34,988 nt of DNA from contig CANGWP010000001.1 of NCBI GenBank assembly GCA_947457605.1, forward strand, positions 1 to 34,988, read 5' to 3'. Under the pieces are notes generated by a model. The model searched no databases, was not told the DNA's origin, and saw only the letters and a program-made list of their open reading frames with translations. The DNA is from Bdellovibrionales bacterium. Lineage in GTDB: Bacteria; Bdellovibrionota; UBA1018; CAIMNF01. This document shows, one piece after another, positions 25,537-34,407 of this stretch. How positions within the stretch are numbered: position 1 is the stretch's first letter; every line of letters starts with the position of its first letter. The position numbers were made by a program, and so were the translations under genes.

Positions 25537-26874
25537 TCAGAGAAGGTCATTGTTTTCGTTGGAAACTTCGTTTGTTTTAACTTCTTCCTTGAGAATCTCA
25601 TCGAGGAGCTTTTTGCGCTCGGCTGGGTTTTTCTCAATTGCCGCCACGAATTTGACCAAAACCCCCACCAAAGGCCCCGCCCCCCCTTCGATCTTGGTCA
25701 CCTGGTGAATCACATTCTCGGACCATCCCGCTTTCAAGAGTTCGGACTTTGCGATGCCTGCAAGGTCTTCGGAGGGTTTTTCACCACCCAAGGAAACCAA
25801 GCGAATCTCCTCAATCTGGTCACGCTTCGGAGTGAGTTTGGCATTTAGCTCGGAAACCCGCCCCGATTCGATTTCTTCCTGGTTCAAGATCCACAAAAAC
25901 TCCCCCTGAAGTGATTTTTCGCCTTTCTTCAGAATCGCTTTTTTCCTTTTGGATTCGTAGTTGATCATGTCGGATGCACCATGCGCGGGTGCCGGCAGCC
26001 TTTTTTCATAGTCCTTTGGGACCAGGACCGAATTCACATCCAACTCCAGAATCAACTCTCCACCATCTGCCAGGATCCGATCTCCCATGGAGAAACGAAA
26101 TTTTCGATATCCCGACTCAATCGCTGAATAAGTATCAGAGTGAGCGAATATGAATTCAATTGCGGTTTTCTCATTGAGTGAGAGTGACTGCAGAAGATCA
26201 ACCTCGATCTCGCCAGAATCATTGGAATAGATCGATCCACCGTCGGCTTTCGCCACTTCCTTCCACTCGGAAATTTTCAGAAAATCGGAACGATGGACGG
26301 TCGCGCCAACCCAGAATTTCGAATTCCCTCCGGATCCTCTGTCTTTTGACATTTGAGGGGTTTCGCCGATGCAAACCTTGCCATCGAGAATGCAAATCGA
26401 TTGCCCACTTTCAGGCTTCACACCCTCCTCCACAAACATCCGGACTCCGTTGAGCCTCAGCTTGAGAGATTTGACAGAGAGAATCGAATTCGATGGGGGA
26501 AGCTGCTGGATTGCCCTAAAGACAAGATTTGAATGGGGCGAGTAAGACACCCGGGATTTGTCATCGATTTTTGCTTTTCGATTTCCAGCATTCGAATGAC
26601 GAAAGGTGGAAAAGGACTTTTCAGGGCCGGCTTCATCCAGGAATGGAAGGCCGGACTCTACGAGGACTGTATCAATCTTCAAATCGTAATCAGAAAGGGG
26701 CCCAAGGGATCCATCCGTAATCGCAGCAGATTCCTGCTCGGATTGACCATCGAGATTCATGATTTTGGAAGACCCACTCCCCGCCTCTCCCTGGAGAGCA
26801 GTGACCTGCGAACGACCACAGGCGGTCAGTCCGATGATTGCCAGCAACAAAACAAACCCTTTTTCAGTCATCAT
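25537..26874 (-). CDS. Hypothetical lipoprotein
   Basis: The preferred start is ATG at 26874, giving MMTEKGFVLLLAIIGLTAC (signal peptide plus lipobox). The protein is about 445 aa with no domain I can name. The ORF-track start at 26982 adds 36 residues before the signal peptide. Confidence 0.65.
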   Translation of the reverse strand: MMTEKGFVLLLAIIGLTACGRSQVTALQGEAGSGSSKIMNLDGQSEQESAAITDGSLGPLSDYDLKIDTVLVESGLPFLDEAGPEKSFSTFRHSNAGNRKAKIDDKSRVSYSPHSNLVFRAIQQLPPSNSILSVKSLKLRLNGVRMFVEEGVKPESGQSICILDGKVCIGETPQMSKDRGSGGNSKFWVGATVHRSDFLKISEWKEVAKADGGSIYSNDSGEIEVDLLQSLSLNEKTAIEFIFAHSDTYSAIESGYRKFRFSMGDRILADGGELILELDVNSVLVPKDYEKRLPAPAHGASDMINYESKRKKAILKKGEKSLQGEFLWILNQEEIESGRVSELNAKLTPKRDQIEEIRLVSLGGEKPSEDLAGIAKSELLKAGWSENVIHQVTKIEGGAGPLVGVLVKFVAAIEKNPAERKKLLDEILKEEVKTNEVSNENNDLL

Positions 26875-27023
26875 GGGTGCGCAGAGTACCACAAAATTCC
26901 CGACTAAACAAGTCAATTGTTTAGTCGGCTTTTGCCATGAAGTCAGTTGAACATCCCCGCCCTCTGGCAGGATCTTGCCCATTCACGAGAGTTGGCCTGG
27001 TTTTTTATGGTAGGTAAAGAGTC

Positions 27024-27962
27024 ATGAGCCCAAAGCCCCCCACCATACGCCATAGCCCCTACTCCCAGAAATCCTTTCAAGTTCATTCAGGTTTTTATTC
27101 CAACGCCAATTCCCTTCGGTCTTATTTTGAACAGATCTATGCGCCCACCCACTCCACTGACCCCAAGAGATTCTGTTGGGACCCTTGGTCAGTTCCGAAC
27201 CAATATCGCCTACTCCGCACTCCAGCAGAGTCGTTTTTTCCTGAGCCTCTGATGTCGAAATTTCTCGACCATTTGCTTCGCTGGGGAAGAGAAAACCTCG
27301 GGTGCCAGATGATCTCTCATCCGTGGCTCAGCGCCTATACGGACAACTGCCACCAAGGGCTTCATTCTGACGTTCCCCATGGCCCTTTTGGTTTCGTTTT
27401 TTCCCTGACCAGGTGGAACGCACGAACATTCACCGGAGGGGAGACCTTGATCGCAAAACCTGCCCTTCTCACTTACTTCTCTGAGATGCAAAAAGGCGCA
27501 TCCCACGAAGAGAAACACTTCATTCGCTCAATCCCGGCACGCTTCAATCAACTTACCGTTTTTGATCCAAGATTTCCCCACGGTGTTCGCAGAGTTCAAG
27601 GCGTTGATTCGATTCTGGACGCCCGCCTTGTGATCCATGGCTGGTTTACGGATCCTCGCCCGATGCTCGATGGCGCGCTGAGTTTCAAGCAAATCATGCG
27701 CCCCATGGATGCCTTTGCATCCCAGGCAATGAATGAAGTCACGGCAAGCCGGGACACAACCGGCCTGCTCGCCCTCCGCCTGAACATTGCAGCATCAGGA
27801 AGGATCGTGGCGATCGACGTCCTTAGCTCCAACCTTCTTGATTCGCGTGGCGGGGTTTTTCCGAGAAAACTACTGGATTCGATTCTTACGCGTTGTGAAA
27901 CGACGTTTCCACACTCCCGCGGCACCACAAGACTCACACTACCTCTGCTTTTTCAAAGGTGA
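27024..27962 (+). CDS. Putative 2OG-Fe(II) oxygenase (prolyl-hydroxylase-like)
   Basis: It has an HxD...H arrangement: GLHSDVPHG ... FTGGETLI ... NQLTVFDPRFPHGVRRV. This is consistent with a double-stranded beta-helix dioxygenase. The assignment rests on motifs only. Confidence 0.6.
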   Translation: MSPKPPTIRHSPYSQKSFQVHSGFYSNANSLRSYFEQIYAPTHSTDPKRFCWDPWSVPNQYRLLRTPAESFFPEPLMSKFLDHLLRWGRENLGCQMISHPWLSAYTDNCHQGLHSDVPHGPFGFVFSLTRWNARTFTGGETLIAKPALLTYFSEMQKGASHEEKHFIRSIPARFNQLTVFDPRFPHGVRRVQGVDSILDARLVIHGWFTDPRPMLDGALSFKQIMRPMDAFASQAMNEVTASRDTTGLLALRLNIAASGRIVAIDVLSSNLLDSRGGVFPRKLLDSILTRCETTFPHSRGTTRLTLPLLFQR

Positions 27963-27965
27963 ATC

Positions 27966-28307
27966 ATGTTAAAATATGCAAGCCCCGTTTTTCTGTTGAT
28001 CATCGCAAATCTCTTTATGACCTTTGCCTGGTATGGACACCTAAAAAACCTGAGGGACCGTCCCGTGGCTTTTGCCATTCTTTCCAGTTGGGCAATTGCG
28101 TTCTTTGAATACTGCATCCAGGTGCCCGCCAACCGAATGGGGTCTCAAACCTATTCCTTGTCTCAACTCAAGATCATCCAGGAAATCATCACGATGGTGA
28201 TCTTCGCAGGATTTGCGGTATTTTACATGAAATCGCCGATCACCCGAAACTACATCTATGCATCCCTTTGCATGTTGGGCGCCGCGTGGTTCATCTTCCA
28301 AGACTGA
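27966..28307 (+). CDS. DMT-superfamily small membrane protein (DUF486 type)
   Basis: The 113-aa protein has IANLFMTFAWYGHLK near the N-terminus, which is characteristic of this family, and four hydrophobic segments. Confidence 0.8.
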   Translation: MLKYASPVFLLIIANLFMTFAWYGHLKNLRDRPVAFAILSSWAIAFFEYCIQVPANRMGSQTYSLSQLKIIQEIITMVIFAGFAVFYMKSPITRNYIYASLCMLGAAWFIFQD

Positions 28308-28856
28308 TCAACGCTTTTTTTTTGCGATCACCTTTTTCCTGATTTTTATGGCCGACTTCTTCTTGGCGGACTTCTTCTTGGAAACGGGTTTCTTTCTCTT
28401 CGACGCGGACTTTTTTGAGGAGGATTTTCTTTTTCCTCTCACCTTCATGTGAAAGGACTGGATCAGCTTGTTCAAATGACTCAACATCTTCCTCTTGTGA
28501 ACTGGATCGACAGCAACCAGTTCCGCACCCACTTGAAACAAACCATTCGGAAGATGCTTTACCCAGGCAACGCAAACAAGCAATTTCAAGGCCTCCTCGC
28601 CAATCTGAGCTTCAAGCAGAATCAAAGCCCCCTTCTGGTATTCCCTCGCGGTTTCAAAGGAGATTCCATTGCTGGAGAGGTCGACAGAAGAATTCTCCTC
28701 AAATACCGGAGTTCCGAGAACCTGATAAAATGAATGTTTGATTCGACTTTGGACTGGAACACGAAGCCGCCGGCGACGATCAGAAGATTTAGATTCCATA
28801 AATTCAGTCTGACAAACTCCACAAAAATTTACGATGGCATTGTTTTGACGGATCAA
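28308..28856 (-). CDS. PilZ-domain protein with Lys/Arg-rich histone-H1-like C-terminal tail
   Basis: The PilZ motifs are RRRRLR (RxxxR) and DLSSNG (DxSxxG). The last ~46 residues are KVRGKRKSSSKKSASKRKKPVSKKKSAKKKSAIKIRKKVIAKKKR. The start is ambiguous (ATG at 28856 or the MESKSS start 19 codons in). Confidence 0.75.
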   Translation of the reverse strand: MIRQNNAIVNFCGVCQTEFMESKSSDRRRRLRVPVQSRIKHSFYQVLGTPVFEENSSVDLSSNGISFETAREYQKGALILLEAQIGEEALKLLVCVAWVKHLPNGLFQVGAELVAVDPVHKRKMLSHLNKLIQSFHMKVRGKRKSSSKKSASKRKKPVSKKKSAKKKSAIKIRKKVIAKKKR

Positions 28857-28943
28857 TTCTAAAACTTGGTTATCAGGATCAAATTTGAATACAAAACCGA
28901 AACTTTCCCTTAAACTGAAATTCTAAAAGGAGCCTCCCCATTT

Positions 28944-29339
28944 ATGTTCGATCTTAGCACCAAGGTATTGATTGTAGATGACATGATGACCATGCGTAAA
29001 CTCGTAGGAAAGGTTTGCAAGGAACTTGGATTCACCAATCTTGTTGAAGCAAGCGATGGAATCCAAGCTTGGGAAGTGATTCAAAGCTCAAATCCTCCGA
29101 TTGGACTGATCATTTCGGATTGGAACATGCCCAACTGCTCAGGCCTTGATCTCTGCAAGCGACTTCGCGGAGACAGCCGTTTTGGAAAAACTCCTTTCCT
29201 CATGGTCACCGCCGAGGCGGAACAGCACCAGGTGGTGGAAGCCCTGAAGGCGGGGGTCGACAATTATGTCATTAAACCCTTCACCGGCCCGATTCTTACC
29301 GAAAAACTTGAATCCATTCATAAAAAGCGGAGCGGGTGA
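28944..29339 (+). CDS. cheY: Single-domain response regulator CheY
   Basis: VLIVDDMMTMRKL, LIISDWNMPNCSGLDL, FLMVTAEA and NYVIKPF are present. All phospho-acceptor pocket residues are present and the DWNMP motif matches enteric CheY. Confidence 0.9.
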   Translation: MFDLSTKVLIVDDMMTMRKLVGKVCKELGFTNLVEASDGIQAWEVIQSSNPPIGLIISDWNMPNCSGLDLCKRLRGDSRFGKTPFLMVTAEAEQHQVVEALKAGVDNYVIKPFTGPILTEKLESIHKKRSG

Positions 29340-29344
29340 CTTGA

Positions 29345-30715
29345 ATGGGCAATCCCCCTCCTCCCGTACTCACAGTTGGCCTGCCCAAGGAAATTGAAAG
29401 TCTGATCAATGACATTCTGAAGAATGCCTCGGTATCCAGTATCCCTTTGGACATGGATGCGATCATCGCAGAGATCACTCCAAAACCTTGCCTTGTGATT
29501 TCGGGCCCGCCGACTCCGGAGCTTCCGGCCAATGAAATTGCGCAATCCCTGCGAATGCAATTCCAGGAAATCCCGCTTCTCCTTTGCTGCACACAAAAAG
29601 AAGGCTTTGAGAGAAAAGCCTTCATCAAGAATGGATTCACCGACGCGTTTCTACTCCCGTTGGATCTCGCGAACCTGCGATCTTCCATCAGTGATCGAAT
29701 GGCAGAAGCATCCAAAGGGGAAATCCGGACCTTCCGGCCCGTAAAGATCATCGATCTTGAACCGGGAGCCACACTTGATTTTGAAACCCATATTTTTCTG
29801 CCTGCGAACAAACGCTACATCAAACTAAGCGCATCCGGGGATTCGCTCGAAACCGACCGGATTGATCGAATCAAGAAAAGCAAGTTCAGCACCATTCAGG
29901 TTCCGGCAGAGCAAATGAAGCATTTCTATTCCTACTCGGCAAAACGACTGCGGGATCTCGGGTCCGGCGCCATGTCCGTCACCGAAAAAAGGGAGAAACT
30001 GTCGGGTGCGGTTCGGGACCTGATCAGCGGCCTCTTCAGCGAGCAAGCCTCATCCTTCGAATCAGGGCAGTCGATGATGAAGGATTGCGGTCAAATCGTG
30101 AAGACCTACATCGTGGAAGGCGCGGAAAGCGAGTGGTATTCCAGGATTCAATCCGTCCTTGGGGAGCGCGGAGACAGTTACTCCCACTCGGCAAACGTGT
30201 CCACTCTGGCAGCCTTGTTTTCCATGGGCCTTGGCATTGGAAAGCCCGAGGATCTTGCGCTTGCAGGACTCTTGCATGACATTGGAATTGCCGAACTTCC
30301 CCCTGAAATCCAGATTCTTGACCCGGAACAGATGACCCCGGCTCAGCTTGAATTGTACAAGAAACATCCTGAACTCACGGTGAACTTGATCAAGAGTCGA
30401 AAACTCATCGTGCCCGAGATTGTTTCAAAAGCAATTCTCCAGCATCATGAACTCTACAACGGATCGGGCTATCCAAGCGGTCTCTTCGGAGATCGGATTT
30501 GCAAAGAGGCTCAGATCATCGCACTTGCGGACCGATTCGACTATTTGACGCGCGTTCGAGATGGCCGTCCCCTGATGACTCCCGCCCAGGCAGTGGATCA
30601 CTTGAGAAGCCTTCAAGTAAACGACCCCTCCCGGATCCACTATGAGCCCGAACTCTTAAAACGGCTTCTGAATTTGTTTCCCGGGAGCAAGCCCGAAACA
30701 TCGCCTAGTTCTTGA
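29345..30715 (+). CDS. HD-GYP domain c-di-GMP phosphodiesterase with N-terminal pseudo-receiver
   Basis: HSANVSTLAALF...AGLLHDIGI (HD) and HHELYNGSGYPSGL (GYP) are present. The N-terminal ~120 aa has a REC-like beta/alpha pattern but lacks the acidic pocket and the acceptor Asp (CLVISGPP). The gene starts 5 nt after cheY. Confidence 0.9.
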   Translation: MGNPPPPVLTVGLPKEIESLINDILKNASVSSIPLDMDAIIAEITPKPCLVISGPPTPELPANEIAQSLRMQFQEIPLLLCCTQKEGFERKAFIKNGFTDAFLLPLDLANLRSSISDRMAEASKGEIRTFRPVKIIDLEPGATLDFETHIFLPANKRYIKLSASGDSLETDRIDRIKKSKFSTIQVPAEQMKHFYSYSAKRLRDLGSGAMSVTEKREKLSGAVRDLISGLFSEQASSFESGQSMMKDCGQIVKTYIVEGAESEWYSRIQSVLGERGDSYSHSANVSTLAALFSMGLGIGKPEDLALAGLLHDIGIAELPPEIQILDPEQMTPAQLELYKKHPELTVNLIKSRKLIVPEIVSKAILQHHELYNGSGYPSGLFGDRICKEAQIIALADRFDYLTRVRDGRPLMTPAQAVDHLRSLQVNDPSRIHYEPELLKRLLNLFPGSKPETSPSS

Positions 30716-31364
30716 AATCTGATTGAATTCTCAGAAACGCGGCCTTTTTCGTGATTCTTCTGATTTGGTCATTGGAATAAATTGCCCCATCCGACCTAAC
30801 TTTTTCCGAACAATTGGCACAGAACCTTGAGACATTGTTCAAAAGAATGGATGCTGAGCCATAGGATCCATATTCAGTACGATCACAGGCAAAATGCCAG
30901 TTCAAGGATCCACCTGTCCAAATGCTCTTTTGCTTGTAAAAGATCGGGCATCTGGAATGGGGCCAGTTTCTGCGATCCGACTCGGTATGACGGGCTTCGT
31001 GATACAGCGTCATTACCCTTGCCACTTGCGGATGCTCGATTTCCACATAGTTGCGGGTGACCCAGATCTTACGATCGCTTCTTCCCTGAACACAGGCGAC
31101 CGCCGAGGAAGATCCGCCGCAATCCCCGTATCCGAAATAGTCAACTCTCGAATGAAACCAATTTGCATACTCGCCTGGCTTCGCACTTCCAAAGATGTCT
31201 CGATGAAGCTTCGAAACCCGGGAGTTTCGGACGGAATCCAGGAAGCGGAGATCCCCTTCTACTTGAACCTTCAAGCTCACCGGGACGTTTGAATCAAACT
31301 CAATTCCCGCGGCATTTGCGATGACGACTGCAAAGAGAGACACTACCCCCGTGAAAACACGCAT
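30705..31364 (-). CDS. Secreted Cys-rich protein with HExxH motif (putative zinc metalloprotease)
   Basis: It has a signal peptide (VVSLFAVVIANAAG), LYHEARHTE (HExxH) and eight Cys residues. I recognise no family. Its 3' end overlaps the HD-GYP gene by 11 nt. Confidence 0.6.
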   Translation of the reverse strand: MRVFTGVVSLFAVVIANAAGIEFDSNVPVSLKVQVEGDLRFLDSVRNSRVSKLHRDIFGSAKPGEYANWFHSRVDYFGYGDCGGSSSAVACVQGRSDRKIWVTRNYVEIEHPQVARVMTLYHEARHTESDRRNWPHSRCPIFYKQKSIWTGGSLNWHFACDRTEYGSYGSASILLNNVSRFCANCSEKVRSDGAIYSNDQIRRITKKAAFLRIQSDFKN

Positions 31365-31391
31365 ATCACCAGTCTAGGGGAGATTCCCGAA

Positions 31392-31462
31392 AAAAACAGT
31401 CTCGAATCAACCCACCGGAGACACTTGGGGCTGCGACAAAATCCCGGCATCAGACTGTTTTT
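31392..31462. repeat. Inverted repeat AAAAACAGTCT ... AGACTGTTTTT (11-bp arms, 49-nt spacer) in an intergenic region
   Basis: Read directly: the arms are at 31392-31402 and 31452-31462, between the SBP stop (31473) and the start of the HExxH gene (31364). Confidence 0.6.
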
Positions 31463-31472
31463 GGACAGGCAC

Positions 31473-33143
31473 TCATTCAAAAAACAAATCCTTCGCCAGA
31501 TCCGTCCCATACTTCCGAATCCACTTTGGTGATTTGATTCTGGACTGCAGGGCCGCCAAAACAAAATCCCGCTCCATCAGGAAAACATAGGGAATCTCAT
31601 CAAAAATGATATCACCAATCTTCTGAATGAGTTTCTCCCGCTTTCCTTCATTGAACTCGACATTGGCTTTCTTGATCAGTTCATCCACCTCGACATTTGA
31701 AAAAGATGCCGAGTTCGAACCTCCCTGTATGGAGGAGGATGCCCATAGCTGCCTTGGATCGGGCTGCACACCGCCCGCACCCCATCCCGAGAACGCCAGA
31801 TCAAAATCCTTTTTGTGAAGCGATTGGTACATCACCCCTTGATCCTCGGGACGCAATTCAAGATCAACCCCTGCCTTTTTGAAAGATTCCTTCAAAATCT
31901 GGGCAACACGCTGCTGCGCCGGACTCTCGTTCATGAACTTGAAGACAAATTTCAGGGTTTGTCGCTTCCCATTCAGGTCCTTCACAAAAAATGACTCTCC
32001 GGGTTCCTGTTTGAAACCATCTTGAAGAAGAAGCTCCCGTGCTTTTCTTGGATCAAAATTGTATCTACTGGAAGGGCTCTTCAGCTTCTGGGAGGTATAA
32101 CGGCTGCTTGAACCAAAAGGCGACACGCACCTTGAAGCCGTTCCCATGAAACCCTTCTCAATCACATCTTCATAATTCACCAGATGTGCGAGGGCTTTTC
32201 TGACCTGAATCGAGGAGAGCCAGGGATGCTTCAGATTGATTACGATTCCGGCCCAGGAAAGGGCCCGATTGGTCTTGAAACGATCCGCCCAGAGAGTTTT
32301 TCCGGAATCCCGGGAGGAGCCGAACTTGGAGGAGTCGACTCCCCTCACCTGCTTTACCAACTGATCCGAAGTGAGCGGAGTTGTATCGATTTCGCCCCGA
32401 ATGAGCCTCTCATACCGAAGTGTCGGGTCCGCGATGATCCGAAAGACCAGCGTCTTGAATCTGAATCGTCCCCGGAAGTTCTGAATCGAATCCCCCCACC
32501 AATTCAAGCTCCGCTCAAGAACGATCGATTGATCGCGGGAAAGAGACTTCAACACATAGGCGGAATTTCCAATCGGTTTCATACCCTCTTTGGACTTGTT
32601 CAGATCCTGCTCCTTTTCAAACTGCTTTTTCTGAACAGGAGTAAACTCATTCAATACCGAAAGGGTGTTGAATTTTGGCTCAGCGACTTGAAATGAAAAC
32701 CTGATCGCATCAATCTTTTTGAAGGAAACACCCTCAAAAAATCCACGAAGTACCGCAGCATCCACCTTGGGATCCATGATTTTTTGAAATGTAAACTCCA
32801 CATCGTCACTGGTAACGGAGGATCCATCACTCCATTTTGCTTCCGGTCTGAGGGCATAAGTGTATTCTTTTTTATCCTTTGAAACGCTGACAGAAGATGC
32901 CAAAACCGGAGAATCCTTCAGGGTATCCGCATCTTTCTCCAGAAGTGGCAGATAAAATTGGGAAGCCATGTCCATCGATTCCGAGTCCCTCGCTAGAAAT
33001 GGAACCATGGTAAGTGGAGTCATCCCGATCGAATCCGTAAATGTTCCGCTCGCAGAATTCACGGGCGCTGAGCGAACATCGGATCCAAAGAAGGAACCCA
33101 GCAAAAAGAAAAACAGCAGAACCGGATTTGAAGTGAATTTCAT
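31473..33143 (-). CDS. ABC-transporter substrate-binding protein, family 5 (peptide/nickel type), orphan
   Basis: The ATG at 33143 gives MKFTSNPVLLFFFLLGSFFG, a signal peptide. AKWSDGSSVTSDDVEFTFQKIMDP is typical of SBP_bac_5. No permease or ATPase genes are adjacent. Confidence 0.85.
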   Translation of the reverse strand: MKFTSNPVLLFFFLLGSFFGSDVRSAPVNSASGTFTDSIGMTPLTMVPFLARDSESMDMASQFYLPLLEKDADTLKDSPVLASSVSVSKDKKEYTYALRPEAKWSDGSSVTSDDVEFTFQKIMDPKVDAAVLRGFFEGVSFKKIDAIRFSFQVAEPKFNTLSVLNEFTPVQKKQFEKEQDLNKSKEGMKPIGNSAYVLKSLSRDQSIVLERSLNWWGDSIQNFRGRFRFKTLVFRIIADPTLRYERLIRGEIDTTPLTSDQLVKQVRGVDSSKFGSSRDSGKTLWADRFKTNRALSWAGIVINLKHPWLSSIQVRKALAHLVNYEDVIEKGFMGTASRCVSPFGSSSRYTSQKLKSPSSRYNFDPRKARELLLQDGFKQEPGESFFVKDLNGKRQTLKFVFKFMNESPAQQRVAQILKESFKKAGVDLELRPEDQGVMYQSLHKKDFDLAFSGWGAGGVQPDPRQLWASSSIQGGSNSASFSNVEVDELIKKANVEFNEGKREKLIQKIGDIIFDEIPYVFLMERDFVLAALQSRIKSPKWIRKYGTDLAKDLFFE

Positions 33144-33201
33144 GCCGCAATTAAACCCAATTCTTCTCCCTCTTGTCAAAAACAATGGTACCCTTTCCCT
33201 G

Positions 33202-34407
33202 ATGCGACAGGTTTTTGGATACCTTTTGGCAACAGCATTTTGCTCTCTGCCTGCAATGGCTCAGGTTGATCTTCACGCCCATCTGCACATGAAACCAGGA
33301 CTGGGCCCCCTTCTTCGCGGATCCGCAAAAGCCCAAGCCAAGGCGGCCCATCCCTCAAGCCGTCTGGACACCAAGGCTTCAGAAATCACTCTTCTTAACC
33401 CGGGCCCGCCAAAGATCACCGTCGTCAGCCTGTAGTCCCACCCCTGGCTTTCCAGTCCCCTGGCTTTTCATTTTCGGGACAACGTGGCCAGAGGACTCGA
33501 AGAGGAATATCAGGCCCTCGCGGAATTCGTGAGATCCCAGCCGGATAAAGTTGTTCTTGCCCGAAATCCTTCCGAAGCGAGGACTGCACTTCAAGCAGGG
33601 AAAAAAGTGTTGATCCTCTCGATTGAAGGCGCCTATGGCGCGATGGAGACGGAGGCTGATCTTTCAAAATGGGTGGACGAAAGAGGGCTTGCGATCCTGA
33701 CCCCGTTCCATCTGACCGAAGACTACTTCGGGGGGGCTGCTTTGCTGAGCCCGTGGCTCTCTCTATTCACATCTCCCCTTTCATTTTTTCAAAGCTTGAT
33801 GCTCAGTGGCGGCTCCTGCCTGAACTCATTTTGCGCATCCCCCATGGGAATGAAGCCTGCAGGAAGAGATCTGGTGGATCGCTTGGTTGAACGCAAGGTC
33901 TGGATTGACCTGGCGCATGCGAACGACTTGGAACGGAGGGAGCTTCTTCCGGAATTTCAAAAGCGAGGTCTTCCGTTGTTGGTTTCACATACAACTCTGG
34001 AGAGTCATTTCAACGCCGAGAGAAGTTTGAGCAAACTTGAAATCGATTATCTCAAGACCACAGGTGGCGTAGTTGGACTCATCCCGAGTGATGACTATCT
34101 TGAGGGCGGCACATCGGGCACTTGCTTTTCGGGACTTTTCGAATTCAAGAAACAAGTTCAATCGCTGGAAAGGTCCGTTGGAAAAAACAAAGTGATGATC
34201 GGGAGCGATTTCAACGCGCCCCTCAAGGGCCTTAGTCCTTATTGCCAAACCCGGGAGGGTGAGATCCACGGAGTGTTCGAGTCAGGCGGATTCTACCGGC
34301 AGGACCAATTCAAATCCCTCTCCGATTTCGTTGCCTCGGATCCTGATTGGACACGGGCCACGGAAGAAGCCTTCCTTTCGGCTTGGGAGCGGATCAGGTC
34401 ACGCTGA
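33202..34407 (+). pseudogene. M19-like membrane dipeptidase / binuclear metallohydrolase interrupted by one in-frame TAG (33433-33435)
   Basis: The N-terminal piece is MRQVFGYLLATAFCSLPAMAQVDLHAHLH... (signal peptide plus HxH). It is in the same frame as the C-terminal piece (LILSIEGAY, IDLAHAN, LLVSHTT, GGVVGLI, IGSDFNAP). The only stop between them is TAG within ...ITVVSL*SHPWL.... Confidence 0.55.

Noticed and set aside
28351-28380. A 15-nt direct DNA repeat as a regulatory element
   Set aside because: It lies inside the coding sequence of the Lys-rich tail of the PilZ protein and simply reflects the low-complexity KKKS-type peptide repeat.
32968-33201. The N-terminal extension of the dipeptidase ORF (starting at 32968 or 33142)
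   Set aside because: It is antisense to the 5' end of the SBP gene. The ATG at 33202 yields a clean signal peptide directly followed by the metal-binding HxH motif.
33433-33435. TAG reassignment (pyrrolysine or an alternative genetic code) as the explanation for the in-frame stop
   Set aside because: TAG clearly terminates other well-defined genes in this window (3811-3813 and 8313-8315). No pyl genes are visible. A point mutation or sequencing error is more parsimonious.
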